Part shown: positions 19,871-28,895 of the stretch, piece by piece
Layout of the letters: each line of letters starts with the position of its first letter
How positions within the stretch are numbered: position 1 is the stretch's first letter
Assembly: GCA_963692915.1 (NCBI GenBank)
Contig: OY843584.1
Span: 192,001 to 256,000, forward strand
DNA length: 64,000 nucleotides
Reading direction: 5' to 3'
Source of the DNA: Cenarchaeum sp.
GTDB taxonomy: Archaea; Thermoproteota; Nitrososphaeria; Nitrososphaerales; Nitrosopumilaceae
Position numbers and translations under genes: made by a program
The notes under the pieces: model-generated
Databases searched by the model: none
What the model was told of the DNA's origin: nothing
What the model saw: only the letters and a program-made list of their open reading frames with translations

Positions 19871-19925
19871 TGCCTTGCACGAAAAGTAGACTGGGCAGGA
19901 ATGCCTGCAGGGCGCAGATCAGGAA
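19871..19925 (+). mobile_element. Degenerate isolated copy of the IS481 left end
   Basis: TGCCTTGCACGAAAAGTAGACTGGGCAGGAATGCCTGCAGGGCGCAGATC closely matches the reverse complement of about 614-668. Confidence 0.75.
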
Positions 19926-20049
19926 CCGCGCTAAACGACGAACACATGCGCCCCCAAGACTCCCCCGGCGGGCCGTTGGCACCTGCGCATGATCGGCTGC
20001 CGGCCCGCGCCGACTCGGTTAAATTGGGCCACATGTGGCGCGCAGGACA

Positions 20050-20226
20050 ATGCCCCTCATAACCGTCTCAATGTACCCTGGGCGCAGCGCCGAGCAAAAG
20101 GAAAAGTTTGCCGCCGCCGTGACCGAGTCTGCCAAGAGCATCCTCGGCGCCGGCGAGTCGCACGTCATAGTGGTCTTTGAGGAGAACGAGCGCGAGAACT
20201 GGTACCAGGCCGGACGGCGCCTCTAG
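20050..20226 (+). CDS. 4-oxalocrotonate tautomerase family protein
   Basis: Catalytic Pro after Met: MPLITVSMYPGRSAEQK...ENWYQAG. Confidence 0.9.
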   Translation: MPLITVSMYPGRSAEQKEKFAAAVTESAKSILGAGESHVIVVFEENERENWYQAGRRL

Positions 20227-20267
20227 GGCACGATGCCTTATTTGGGGCGCGCCGGAGGCTGCAGGCC

Positions 20268-21062
20268 ATGACGCGCGTGGGAGTCGTGCAAATGCGCGCC
20301 TCAACTGACAAGGCGGCCAACCTGGAGGGCATACTAGATGCCATCTCGCGTGCCGCCTCGATGCGCTGCGCGCTAGTGGCGTTTCCCGAGTACATGATGT
20401 TCTATGTGGGCGCGCGCACGCCGCGCGAGGTTGCCAATGACGCCGAGGGGCTTGACGGCGACTTTGTCAAGTCGATATCGCGCGTGGCGCGCGAGCGCCA
20501 AATCCATGTCATTGGGACGATATACGAAAAGAGCCGGCTCGCCAACCGCGTGCATGACACGGCGTTTCATGTCGACTCGGCAGGTCGCCTTGCCGCAGCA
20601 TACCAAAAGGCGCACCTCTATGACGCGCTGGGAACCAAAGAGTCGCGCATACTCTTGCGCGGCGACCGCTTTGCGCGACCACAGCCCACGCCGGCAGGCA
20701 GGACCGGGATGCTGATCTGCTATGACCTGCGCTTCCCCGAGGCATCGCGCCGCCTCGCCCTGGACGGCTCGGACATGATAGTCGCGCCATCAGCCTGGGT
20801 TCGCGGGCCGGGAAAGGAGTCGCAATGGGTTGCGCTAAACCGCGCGCGCGCAATAGAGAACGGCTGCTATGTCATTGCGCCCGCACACGTCGGAAACGCC
20901 TACTGCGGGAGGAGCCTTGCCGTCGATCCCTCCGGAAAGGTTCTCCTTGACATGAAAAAGCGACGCGGAATATCCACAGTTGACGTCTCTGCTGCAGTGG
21001 TGCGCCGCGTGCGCCGGGCGATGCCGCTACTTGCGAGCCGACGAACCGACATGTACCGCTAG
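20268..21062 (+). CDS. Carbon-nitrogen hydrolase (Nit1/nitrilase family)
   Basis: FPE, YQKAHLYD, ICYDLRFPE catalytic triad, ARAIENGCY. Confidence 0.92.
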   Translation: MTRVGVVQMRASTDKAANLEGILDAISRAASMRCALVAFPEYMMFYVGARTPREVANDAEGLDGDFVKSISRVARERQIHVIGTIYEKSRLANRVHDTAFHVDSAGRLAAAYQKAHLYDALGTKESRILLRGDRFARPQPTPAGRTGMLICYDLRFPEASRRLALDGSDMIVAPSAWVRGPGKESQWVALNRARAIENGCYVIAPAHVGNAYCGRSLAVDPSGKVLLDMKKRRGISTVDVSAAVVRRVRRAMPLLASRRTDMYR

Positions 21063-21535
21063 GGACTTGCGCGCGCGGGGCACTCGTGGTTTGTGCACAT
21101 TCTGGTCCACTTTGCGGTTCGCGTATAGCGGTATATCGCCATGGGCCATGCGCACTCGGGGCACGCCTGCTTTAGGGCGCGCAGGCGCGCCCTCTGCGGC
21201 AGCGGCGAGGACGCGTCGCACCCGTTGAGATAGTTTGAGCACCCGATGAACCTCTTGCGCGTCCTGCGCGAGCGAACTAGCATGAGCATGCCTGTCCGGC
21301 ACGAGGGGCACCTGACTAGCCCGCTGCGCGGCGAGCGGGTTCCCAGGATCGTATAGATGCGTGCACGGGTCGACCATGCGAGGTAGCCTCCAGGGTCGAG
21401 ATACTCGTCGAGCTCTGCCCTGAGCAGGCGCACGTCGCGCGCGCCGCTAGAGGCCGTATGGCTTCCGGCAGGGCGCATCGCCACCACGCGCGCCGATTCT
21501 GATGCCCGTCTTGCCATCACCGCCATGTCGGTCAC
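21059..21535 (-). CDS. Protein with topoisomerase C4 zinc-ribbon repeats
   Basis: CPSC..KRFIGCSNY..C and CPEC..CTNHEC. Confidence 0.8.
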   Translation of the reverse strand: MTDMAVMARRASESARVVAMRPAGSHTASSGARDVRLLRAELDEYLDPGGYLAWSTRARIYTILGTRSPRSGLVRCPSCRTGMLMLVRSRRTRKRFIGCSNYLNGCDASSPLPQRARLRALKQACPECAWPMAIYRYTRTAKWTRMCTNHECPARASP

Positions 21536-21569
21536 GCGTTTTTATAGGGGCCACAAGTCATCTTTCTTT

Positions 21570-22724
21570 GTGGAAAAGGTGTGTGTGCTGGGAGCCGGCA
21601 GCACGCGATATGGCAAGCTCGACGAAAGCCTCGTGGAGATGATAGTTGACTCGTCGGCCGGCGCCATGGACGATGCGGGAATTGAGCCGCGCGAGATTGG
21701 CGCTGCCTACATATCCAACGTCTTTGGCATAGCCGACAAGCAGGTTCACCTCGGGCCAGTTATTATGAGCCGCCTTGGAATACCCGAACGCCCATCGCTG
21801 TCCATAGAGTCAGCATGCGGGAGCGGCTCAGTCTCGTTCCGCGAGGCATACGCCAACGTGGCAGCGGGGTTCTATGACGCGGTTCTCGTGACTGGCGCAG
21901 AAAAGGTCACGCACACGGGTACGGCGTGGACCACGACCTACTTTGCCTACTGTTCGGACTTTTTCTACGAGGGCAGCGCCGGCGCGTCGTTTCCTGGACT
22001 CTTTGCGTCTATGGCCCGCGCGTACATGTCCGAATATGGGGCGACTGAGGAGGACTTTGCGCGCGTCGCAGTCAAGAACCACGACAACGGAATCCTGAAC
22101 CCAAAGGCCCACCTGCGCAAAAAGATAAGCGTCGATGACGTTCTGGGCTCAGCAGTGGTCGCAAGCCCGCTAAAGCTGTATGACTGCTGCCCGTTCTCTG
22201 ATGGCGCAAGCTCTGTCATACTCTGCAGCGAAAAGTTTGCAAGGGATCATGGTGGCAAGTACGTCGAGGTCGCCGGCTCTGGCCGTGGGGGCTCGCCGGC
22301 TGCCCTGCAGGACAGGGGACACATGACGACGATCGACAGCACGCGCATAGCGTCAGAGGCGGCCTACAAGATGGCCGGAGTGACGCCCTCTGACATTGAC
22401 TTTGCGGAGGTTCATGACTGCTTTACGATAGCCGAGGTCGTCAACAGCGAGGATCTCGGATTTTTTGAAAAGGGCAAGGGCGTAGAGGCCGCACGCGATG
22501 GCAAGACGGCACGCAACGGCGAGATCCCACTAAACCCGTCTGGAGGCCTAAAGTCAAAGGGGCACCCAATCGGTGCCACTGGCGTGGGCCAGGTCGTCGA
22601 GGCATACGAGCAGCTTACCGGCGCTGCCGGAGAGCGCACGGTTTCTGGAGCCGAGATTGGCCTGACACACAACTTTGGCGCAACAGGTGCAAGCTGCGCG
22701 GTTCACATATTTCGGAGCGTATGA
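21570..22724 (+). CDS. Acetoacetyl-CoA thiolase (archaeal SCP-x-like)
   Basis: ESACGSG, KNHDNG..NPKAH, EVHDCF, SGGLKSKGHPIGATG. Confidence 0.93.
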   Translation: MEKVCVLGAGSTRYGKLDESLVEMIVDSSAGAMDDAGIEPREIGAAYISNVFGIADKQVHLGPVIMSRLGIPERPSLSIESACGSGSVSFREAYANVAAGFYDAVLVTGAEKVTHTGTAWTTTYFAYCSDFFYEGSAGASFPGLFASMARAYMSEYGATEEDFARVAVKNHDNGILNPKAHLRKKISVDDVLGSAVVASPLKLYDCCPFSDGASSVILCSEKFARDHGGKYVEVAGSGRGGSPAALQDRGHMTTIDSTRIASEAAYKMAGVTPSDIDFAEVHDCFTIAEVVNSEDLGFFEKGKGVEAARDGKTARNGEIPLNPSGGLKSKGHPIGATGVGQVVEAYEQLTGAAGERTVSGAEIGLTHNFGATGASCAVHIFRSV

Positions 22725-23092
22725 TCATGTCAACTAGGGAAGAGTTTGCAAGCAGCGCAAAATCAGGCAAGGTTCTTGCGTCAAAGTGTCCCAAGTGCGG
22801 CACGCTCCACCTCGCAATGTCGTTGTTCTGCTCAAAGTGCGGCGCTCGCGGGCTAGTGCCCGAAGAGGTTGATGGGCATGGGACAGTTGTGACATACACC
22901 ATAATCACCGTCGCCCCTGACGGATTTGAGGCTCATACGCCATACGCGTGGGTTGTCATGGCCATCGAAGGCACGAAACTGCGCGTCTCGGGGTTTATGG
23001 CTGCCATAGCCACGCCGGCAGACCTTCCGGTGGGGACGCGCGTGAAGATCGTTGGCCATGACGAGCGTGGCATTCTCATAGAGCGCAGCTAG
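22721..23092 (+). CDS. DUF35 Zn-ribbon/OB-fold thiolase partner
   Basis: CPKC..CSKC followed by OB fold; coupled to thiolase. Confidence 0.9.
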   Translation: MIMSTREEFASSAKSGKVLASKCPKCGTLHLAMSLFCSKCGARGLVPEEVDGHGTVVTYTIITVAPDGFEAHTPYAWVVMAIEGTKLRVSGFMAAIATPADLPVGTRVKIVGHDERGILIERS

Positions 23093-23163
23093 AAACAATT
23101 TACGCGCATACGCAACAAATTGCGATCCCACGGTTAATTACTTGCCACGTGTCGTGCCTGCCC

Positions 23164-23331
23164 ATGTCAGTGGACATTGTCTGCGGCGAGTGTGGCAAGC
23201 TCATACACAGGACGAGCATGCTAAAGCCCGTCAAGGAGGTTGTGACCAAAGAAATGGAAACTTGCGACCGGTGCGGCAGCATGCTCTCCACTAGCGAGTT
23301 CTCTGTTGACGCCCGCGAAATTGGCGAGTGA
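23164..23331 (+). CDS. Small zinc-ribbon protein
   Basis: MSVDIVCGECG...CDRCGSML; TTAATTA upstream. Confidence 0.75.
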   Translation: MSVDIVCGECGKLIHRTSMLKPVKEVVTKEMETCDRCGSMLSTSEFSVDAREIGE

Positions 23332-23628
23332 GCGCACGCGTGGGCGTCAGCGCACCCGTGCCCCACACACGGTTCCGTCATGGCCTGGGCGTGGGCGGCA
23401 CCACCGTGGAGATCGGCGTGCCTGACTCTGCTCTGTTCGGGATATGGTAGATTCCTGCTGCCCAGGGTCTCCCTGGCGCCTGCGCGTGTGACAGGGAACC
23501 ACAGTGTGGTCATGGCGCAAAACGCCGCCTGGCATGGGTGAGTCAGGCCCGGCGATGCGCGCATGCGACACGGGAGGGCGGCGGCTCCCCATGGGCGCAG
23601 CTGAAAAACCTGCAGGTCGGTGTGGCGT

Positions 23629-23681
23629 CACATGCGATCTAGATCGCATGTGGTGCGATGATCCTGCGATCTAGATCGCAG
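23629..23681. promoter_or_regulatory. Two perfect palindromes sharing the core TGCGATCTAGATCGCA (candidate operators)
   Basis: CACATGCGATCTAGATCGCATGTG (23629-23652) and CTGCGATCTAGATCGCAG (23664-23681); centres 32 bp apart. Confidence 0.55.
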
Positions 23682-23883
23682 CGATGCCTCCTCGGGTCAG
23701 ATACGTGGCCGCACTAGGCCATTTCCATGCCATAAACATTCCACGTTAATGCAAAATATGGCGCAAACTCTGAAAAATGTGGTTAACAGTGTCCAAATTG
23801 TGCCGACGCTGATCGGTGGATGCTAAAAACTGCGATCACGAGAGCGCTCCGGGCACACTGCACAAGTTTTATCTACAAGCCTT

Positions 23884-25983
23884 ATGCCTGCGGTGCGCAT
23901 GGCCATGGAGGAACCAAATGAGCCGCGCCGTGACGGCCTAGAGCGATCTACATCGCGCAGGGTTCGCATGATATTTTCGGTCATGGCTAGCCCAAATCGC
24001 ATAGACATCCTCCGAATACTCAACTCAAAGGGGCCGCTCACCTACTCGGAGCTAAAGTCGCTAGCCGGATTCAAGTCAAAAAAGGAGAGCGGCAAGTTCG
24101 CCTACCACCTGCGCAAGCTCCTCAAGCAGGCACTCGTGACGCTCAACAAGTCCGAGAAGCGCTATACCATAACCAACCTTGGCAAGCTCGTCCTGAGCCT
24201 TGCCCGCCAGATCGAGGAGCGCTCGATCATCGAGAGCGGCAAGATGTACGTGCGCACGTCGCACGAGTCCATCGAAGAGTTCAAGCCCTACAAGATAACG
24301 CAGTCGCTGACCCGCGAGGGTGGCCTCCCGCCAGAGCTTGCCCAAAAGATCACCGAGGAGGTAGAGAACCGCATCTACAAGTACCAGACGACATACCTGA
24401 CCGGCTCGCTCATACGCGAGATGGTCAACTCTGTCCTCCTAGAGCACGGCAATGAAGAGTACCGCAACAAGCTCGCGCGACTTGGTCTGCCCGTCTATGA
24501 CATAAACGAGATGCTCTCTAACGTGGTCAACGAAGACAATGGAGTCGAGGGTCTACTGTTCCGCACGGGTCAGGAAGTCTTCGCCGAACACCTCCTCACT
24601 AACATGCTCTCAAAGGATGTTGCTGACTCGCACCTTTCCGGTGACCTGCACATAACAAACCCCGGCGTCTGGTCAATGCTGCCTGACACGATATTTGTCA
24701 ACATCAAGGATCTCCTCGACGAGGGCATCGACTTGGGTGGCAAGCTTCCTGATGCGGCACGGCCAGGCGCGCCAAAGTCCGCCGAGGATTTGGGCGCGCT
24801 CCTATCAGTCGCGATATCGCTCCTCTCGCGCGAGGCCTCGCAGGAGCTTGTCATTGACGGCCTTGTGCCCATGATGACTAGGCACTCAAAGGAGGGCGTC
24901 GACCTTGAGAGGAGAATAGCTGACGCGCTAGTGACGTCATCTGTTGCGCCAAAGTACAACTCGCATCCAACGCTCGTCACAATTCGCGTTCCGCTAGGGC
25001 ATGACACAAAGACCGTCTCGACGATCCTTGCGGCATACCTGCGCTATGCGCGCCTCACACCAACGCCACGCGTTGGGATACTAATCGACAACTCGCGTGG
25101 CAAGGTGTCTGACGTGTCAGATGCAGTCTCTGAGATTGTCGCACTGGGCGGCCACGTTGCATTTTCAAAGGGTCTATCCTCGTGGGGCGGCATTGCAGTC
25201 GCGCCACACGAGACCAACGGGTCGCTCTCTGTCCACCTCGCCTCCGTCTCGCTAAACCTCCCGCGCCTCGCCCTAGAGTCAAACAAGGACGAGGTGTACT
25301 TTCGTGCGCGGCTTGCGCTGATAATGACACCTGTTCTCGAGTCCATGGCTCACCGTAAAAAGGCCATCTCTGACCTGACTAGGCGCGGTCTCAACCCGAT
25401 TCTGGCACGAAACACGCAATACATGCAAAAAATCTCCTTTTCGCTCGACGTGAACATCATAGGCCTGCGCGAGGCCGTCACTGACATACTCCAGTGCGGT
25501 GATCGCAGCGAAGCCGTCATGCAAAAGGTTCTCGAGACTACCCTTGACATCGCCTCCAAAAAGGGCAAGGAGACCGGAGATGACGTGCGCGTGAGCATGA
25601 TCGACAGCGACGCGAAGGCTCGCTTTGCGTCACTCGACGGCGCAAAGTACGGCAAGAACTCGCTCCTGAGCCTGCTCAACTCCGAGTCATACTCTGCAGG
25701 CGTCTCAGTCGCGGCAGCCGACCTGCCGGATCTAAAACCCAAGAGCGCCTCTGTCCTCGAGGCCGCACGCATGTCCGCAGCACTGGGGGGAAGCCTCCTC
25801 GTTTCAGTCAACCTGCCAGAGGGCTCCGAGCCGGCTGCGATCAAGTCGGCCGTCGAGTCGGCCGCCGGTCTCTATGGCGCGTTCCGCCCGTCGATGAGGG
25901 TGCGCACGTGCGGCGAGTGCGGCCACAAGGGCGTCGCGGCGGGATCAAAGTGCCCCAAGTGCAAGTCGCCCTGCGTCGTCTAG
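23884..25983 (+). CDS. ArsR-like wHTH + ATP-cone + degenerate class III RNR (NrdD-like) fusion
   Basis: ASPNRIDILRIL..LTYSEL..FAYHLRKL (wHTH); VRTSHESIEEF..KITQSL..IREMVN (ATP cone); SHLSGDLHI and SLNLPRLA (NrdD-like); terminal CGEC..CPKC with no following RxxGY loop. Confidence 0.85.
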   Translation: MPAVRMAMEEPNEPRRDGLERSTSRRVRMIFSVMASPNRIDILRILNSKGPLTYSELKSLAGFKSKKESGKFAYHLRKLLKQALVTLNKSEKRYTITNLGKLVLSLARQIEERSIIESGKMYVRTSHESIEEFKPYKITQSLTREGGLPPELAQKITEEVENRIYKYQTTYLTGSLIREMVNSVLLEHGNEEYRNKLARLGLPVYDINEMLSNVVNEDNGVEGLLFRTGQEVFAEHLLTNMLSKDVADSHLSGDLHITNPGVWSMLPDTIFVNIKDLLDEGIDLGGKLPDAARPGAPKSAEDLGALLSVAISLLSREASQELVIDGLVPMMTRHSKEGVDLERRIADALVTSSVAPKYNSHPTLVTIRVPLGHDTKTVSTILAAYLRYARLTPTPRVGILIDNSRGKVSDVSDAVSEIVALGGHVAFSKGLSSWGGIAVAPHETNGSLSVHLASVSLNLPRLALESNKDEVYFRARLALIMTPVLESMAHRKKAISDLTRRGLNPILARNTQYMQKISFSLDVNIIGLREAVTDILQCGDRSEAVMQKVLETTLDIASKKGKETGDDVRVSMIDSDAKARFASLDGAKYGKNSLLSLLNSESYSAGVSVAAADLPDLKPKSASVLEAARMSAALGGSLLVSVNLPEGSEPAAIKSAVESAAGLYGAFRPSMRVRTCGECGHKGVAAGSKCPKCKSPCVV

Positions 25984-26189
25984 GGCATCATCACAGGAGC
26001 TCCGATGCGCATTGGTGCGGATGTCGCACATGGAATTGCCATATTCGGCACTATTTTACCCCTTATCGAATGAATCCGTCATTTTTATCCGAATGCCGCA
26101 GGTCAATTTTCTCTCTAGTCCCGGTTGGTCCATGATCACAAGATAATCTTATAACCCGAGGGGTTTGACGCCCTGCCGGTCAGCTCATT

Positions 26190-28832
26190 TTGGACACAAC
26201 CCAGACCCAAACCCCGATCGAAGCGATCAGAAAACGCAACGGGGAGACGGCCACCTTTGATCGCACAAAGATCACCAACGCAATAGACAAGGCGTTCGCC
26301 GCAGTTGGCCGCAGCGATCCAGATGAGGCCGAGCGCCTGACTGAGAAGGTCATCAAAAAGCTCTACGTGCAGGGCTTCTCGGTCGCAAAACCTAGCGTGG
26401 AGGACATCCAGGACATGGTCGAGTCGACGCTCATCGAGAACGAGCACAGCACGGTGGCCAAGGCGTTCATACTGTACAGGCACGAGCGCCGCAAGGTTCG
26501 CGACGAAAAGATGCGCGTCCTCAACACAACATCACTGGATCCCGTGTCCTCGGACTTTGATGTCAACTCGCTAAGGGTTCTTGCGTCACGATACCTGCTG
26601 CGCAACAACCGCAGCGAGATAACCGAGTCGCCCTCGCAGATGTTCAGGCGCGTCGCCGTGCTCGTGAGCGTAGCCGATGTCTTGCATGACCCACGAATCT
26701 TTGAGCGCGACGGCAGGCACACGCAGAGCGTGGACGAGGCAGAGTCGTACATATCAAAGCTTGACAGCTTTGACCAAAAATTCCGCATAGGCGAGGATTA
26801 TCTCAACAAGTGGCACTTTAGGGCGCTCATAAAACACTATATCGCGCTTGCGCGCACGGGCTCGATGAAGATAGGCTTCAAGGATCTCCTGACGATGCTC
26901 GCGAGCAAAAAGTTCGACTCGTGCGCATCAAAGATTGACGAGTACTATGAGCTCATGGTGTCGCAGGACTTTTTGCCAAACTCTCCGACCATGATGAACG
27001 CCGGATGCAGACTCGGCCAGCTCTCAGCATGCTTTGTGCTTGACATGCCCGACAACATGGAGGGGATCATGAAGTCGACGGCTGATGCGGCACTCATATT
27101 CCAGTCCGGCGGCGGTGTCGGCATCAACTATTCGCGCCTTAGACAGGAGGGCGACATTGTCGCATCGACGTCCGGCGTGGCATCAGGCCCCGTCTCTTTC
27201 ATGAACATCATAAACACGGTGACCGAGGTGGTAAAGCAGGGTGGAAAGCGCAGGGGCGCCAACATGGGCATAATGGAGTCGTGGCATCCGGACGTTGAAA
27301 AGTTCGTGACAAACAAGACAAAGCCCGGCGTCCTTGAGAACTTTAACGTGAGCGTCGGGATTTGGGCCGACTTTTGGAAGGCCCTCGTGGGTGGCGGCGA
27401 CTCAAAGTATGTCCTGCGCAGTCCCCGTGACAGGTCTCCTGTGGGGGAGATCAGCGCGCAGCACCTCCTAGACTCGATCGCACAGTCAGCATGGAAGAGC
27501 GCCGAGCCGGGCCTCATATTCTTTGATCAGATAAACAAGCACAACGTCTTTGCCAAGGCCCGCGGCGAGCCGCTAAGGGCGACAAACCCGTGCGGTGAGC
27601 AGAGCCTCTACCCGTACGAGTCATGCAACCTCGGCTCGATAAACCTCGCCAACCTTGTCAAGCGTCGTGCTGACGGCGAGTATGACTTTGACTGGCAGCG
27701 CTACGAGGAGGCCATCCGCAAGACGACAAGGTTCCTCGACCACATCATCGACGTCAACCTCTACCCGATCACCGAGATCGACAAGGCCTCAAAGGACTCG
27801 CGCCGCATCGGCCTCGGTGTCATGGGCGTCGCAGACCTCCTCTACAAGCTGCGCATACCATACAACTCAAAGGAGGGCTATGACATGCAGTCAAAGCTAG
27901 CCGAGGCCCTGACGTACTATTCGATGGAGGAGAGTGTCGCGATAGCAAAGTCGCTTGGAGCATTCCCGCTGTGCTCAAAGACCGAGTATGCCGAAGGCAA
28001 GATACCTGTCGCCGCATACTATGAAAAGCCAAAGGAGCTCCACACGTACGACTGGGATGCGCTCATCGAAAAGATAAAGGTTCATGGCATACGCAACGTG
28101 CTCACGACGACTGTGGCGCCGACGGGCACGCTCTCGATGATAGCACAGTGCTCCAACGGCATGGAGCCAATGTTTGCGCTCGTCTTTGAAAAGCGCGTCA
28201 CAGTCGGCAAGTTCCTCTACGCAAACAAGGTTCTCGAGGGAGTCTTGCGCGAGAACGGCATGTACTCTGATGAGACGCTCGCGGCCGTGGCGTCCAACTA
28301 TGGCTCGATGCGCGGTCTTGACTCGGTTCCCGAGTGGATGCAGAACGTGTTTGTGACCGCAATGGACATACACTGGTCTGACCATCTCCTCGCGCAGGCC
28401 GTCTGGCAGCAGTGGATAGGCAACGCGATCGCAAAGACGATAAACATGCCGTATGACGTGACCGTGGATGACGTAAAGGCCGCGTACCTCCTGGCGCACG
28501 AGCTCGGCCTAAAGGGCATCACGATATACCGTGACGGCTCGCGCCACACGCAGGTTCTCCACATGACTGACGAGGGCGCCGAGAAAAAGTTCGACGTGCG
28601 CCCAAGCGAGTTTGTCACCGAGTTCGTCTCTGCGAACATAAAGAACGCGTACGTGCGCGAGCAGGTCGACAAGGCACTAGAGCTGCGCGCACCCTCCGAG
28701 CGCGCCCTCGAGACGGCTCCAACAGAGGTGCCCGAGGAGTCGCTCTGCCCGACGTGCAAGAACACGCTCGTCTTTGCCGAGGGCTGCAACATCTGCATAG
28801 AGTGCGGCTTTAGCGGCTGCACGTCCGGCTAG
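26190..28832 (+). CDS. nrdJ: Adenosylcobalamin-dependent class II ribonucleotide reductase with ATP cone
   Basis: IRKRNG ATP cone, PNSPTMMN, LSACF, QGGKRRGANM, TNPCGEQ, ESCNLGSINL, APTGT, C-terminal Cys pairs. Confidence 0.95.
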   Translation: MDTTQTQTPIEAIRKRNGETATFDRTKITNAIDKAFAAVGRSDPDEAERLTEKVIKKLYVQGFSVAKPSVEDIQDMVESTLIENEHSTVAKAFILYRHERRKVRDEKMRVLNTTSLDPVSSDFDVNSLRVLASRYLLRNNRSEITESPSQMFRRVAVLVSVADVLHDPRIFERDGRHTQSVDEAESYISKLDSFDQKFRIGEDYLNKWHFRALIKHYIALARTGSMKIGFKDLLTMLASKKFDSCASKIDEYYELMVSQDFLPNSPTMMNAGCRLGQLSACFVLDMPDNMEGIMKSTADAALIFQSGGGVGINYSRLRQEGDIVASTSGVASGPVSFMNIINTVTEVVKQGGKRRGANMGIMESWHPDVEKFVTNKTKPGVLENFNVSVGIWADFWKALVGGGDSKYVLRSPRDRSPVGEISAQHLLDSIAQSAWKSAEPGLIFFDQINKHNVFAKARGEPLRATNPCGEQSLYPYESCNLGSINLANLVKRRADGEYDFDWQRYEEAIRKTTRFLDHIIDVNLYPITEIDKASKDSRRIGLGVMGVADLLYKLRIPYNSKEGYDMQSKLAEALTYYSMEESVAIAKSLGAFPLCSKTEYAEGKIPVAAYYEKPKELHTYDWDALIEKIKVHGIRNVLTTTVAPTGTLSMIAQCSNGMEPMFALVFEKRVTVGKFLYANKVLEGVLRENGMYSDETLAAVASNYGSMRGLDSVPEWMQNVFVTAMDIHWSDHLLAQAVWQQWIGNAIAKTINMPYDVTVDDVKAAYLLAHELGLKGITIYRDGSRHTQVLHMTDEGAEKKFDVRPSEFVTEFVSANIKNAYVREQVDKALELRAPSERALETAPTEVPEESLCPTCKNTLVFAEGCNICIECGFSGCTSG

Positions 28833-28895
28833 GCCGCGCGTGGCCCACACCCAATCGCAGCGTTTTTACAAGTATGCTGATCGCCCCGTGCGCAC

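Noticed and set aside
23490-23620. Cobalamin riboswitch upstream of the B12-dependent RNR locus
   Set aside because: Only AGGGAA and a loose GAGTCAGG resemble the consensus; the core GCCACTG and proper B12 box are missing.
23884-25983. Functional anaerobic class III RNR (nrdD)
   Set aside because: No glycyl-radical loop, no evident finger-loop Cys and no activase gene nearby.
26136-26156. CACAAG motif before nrdJ, shared with the regulator promoter, as an operator
   Set aside because: Also precedes the unrelated promoter near 60185; probably general promoter/BRE context.
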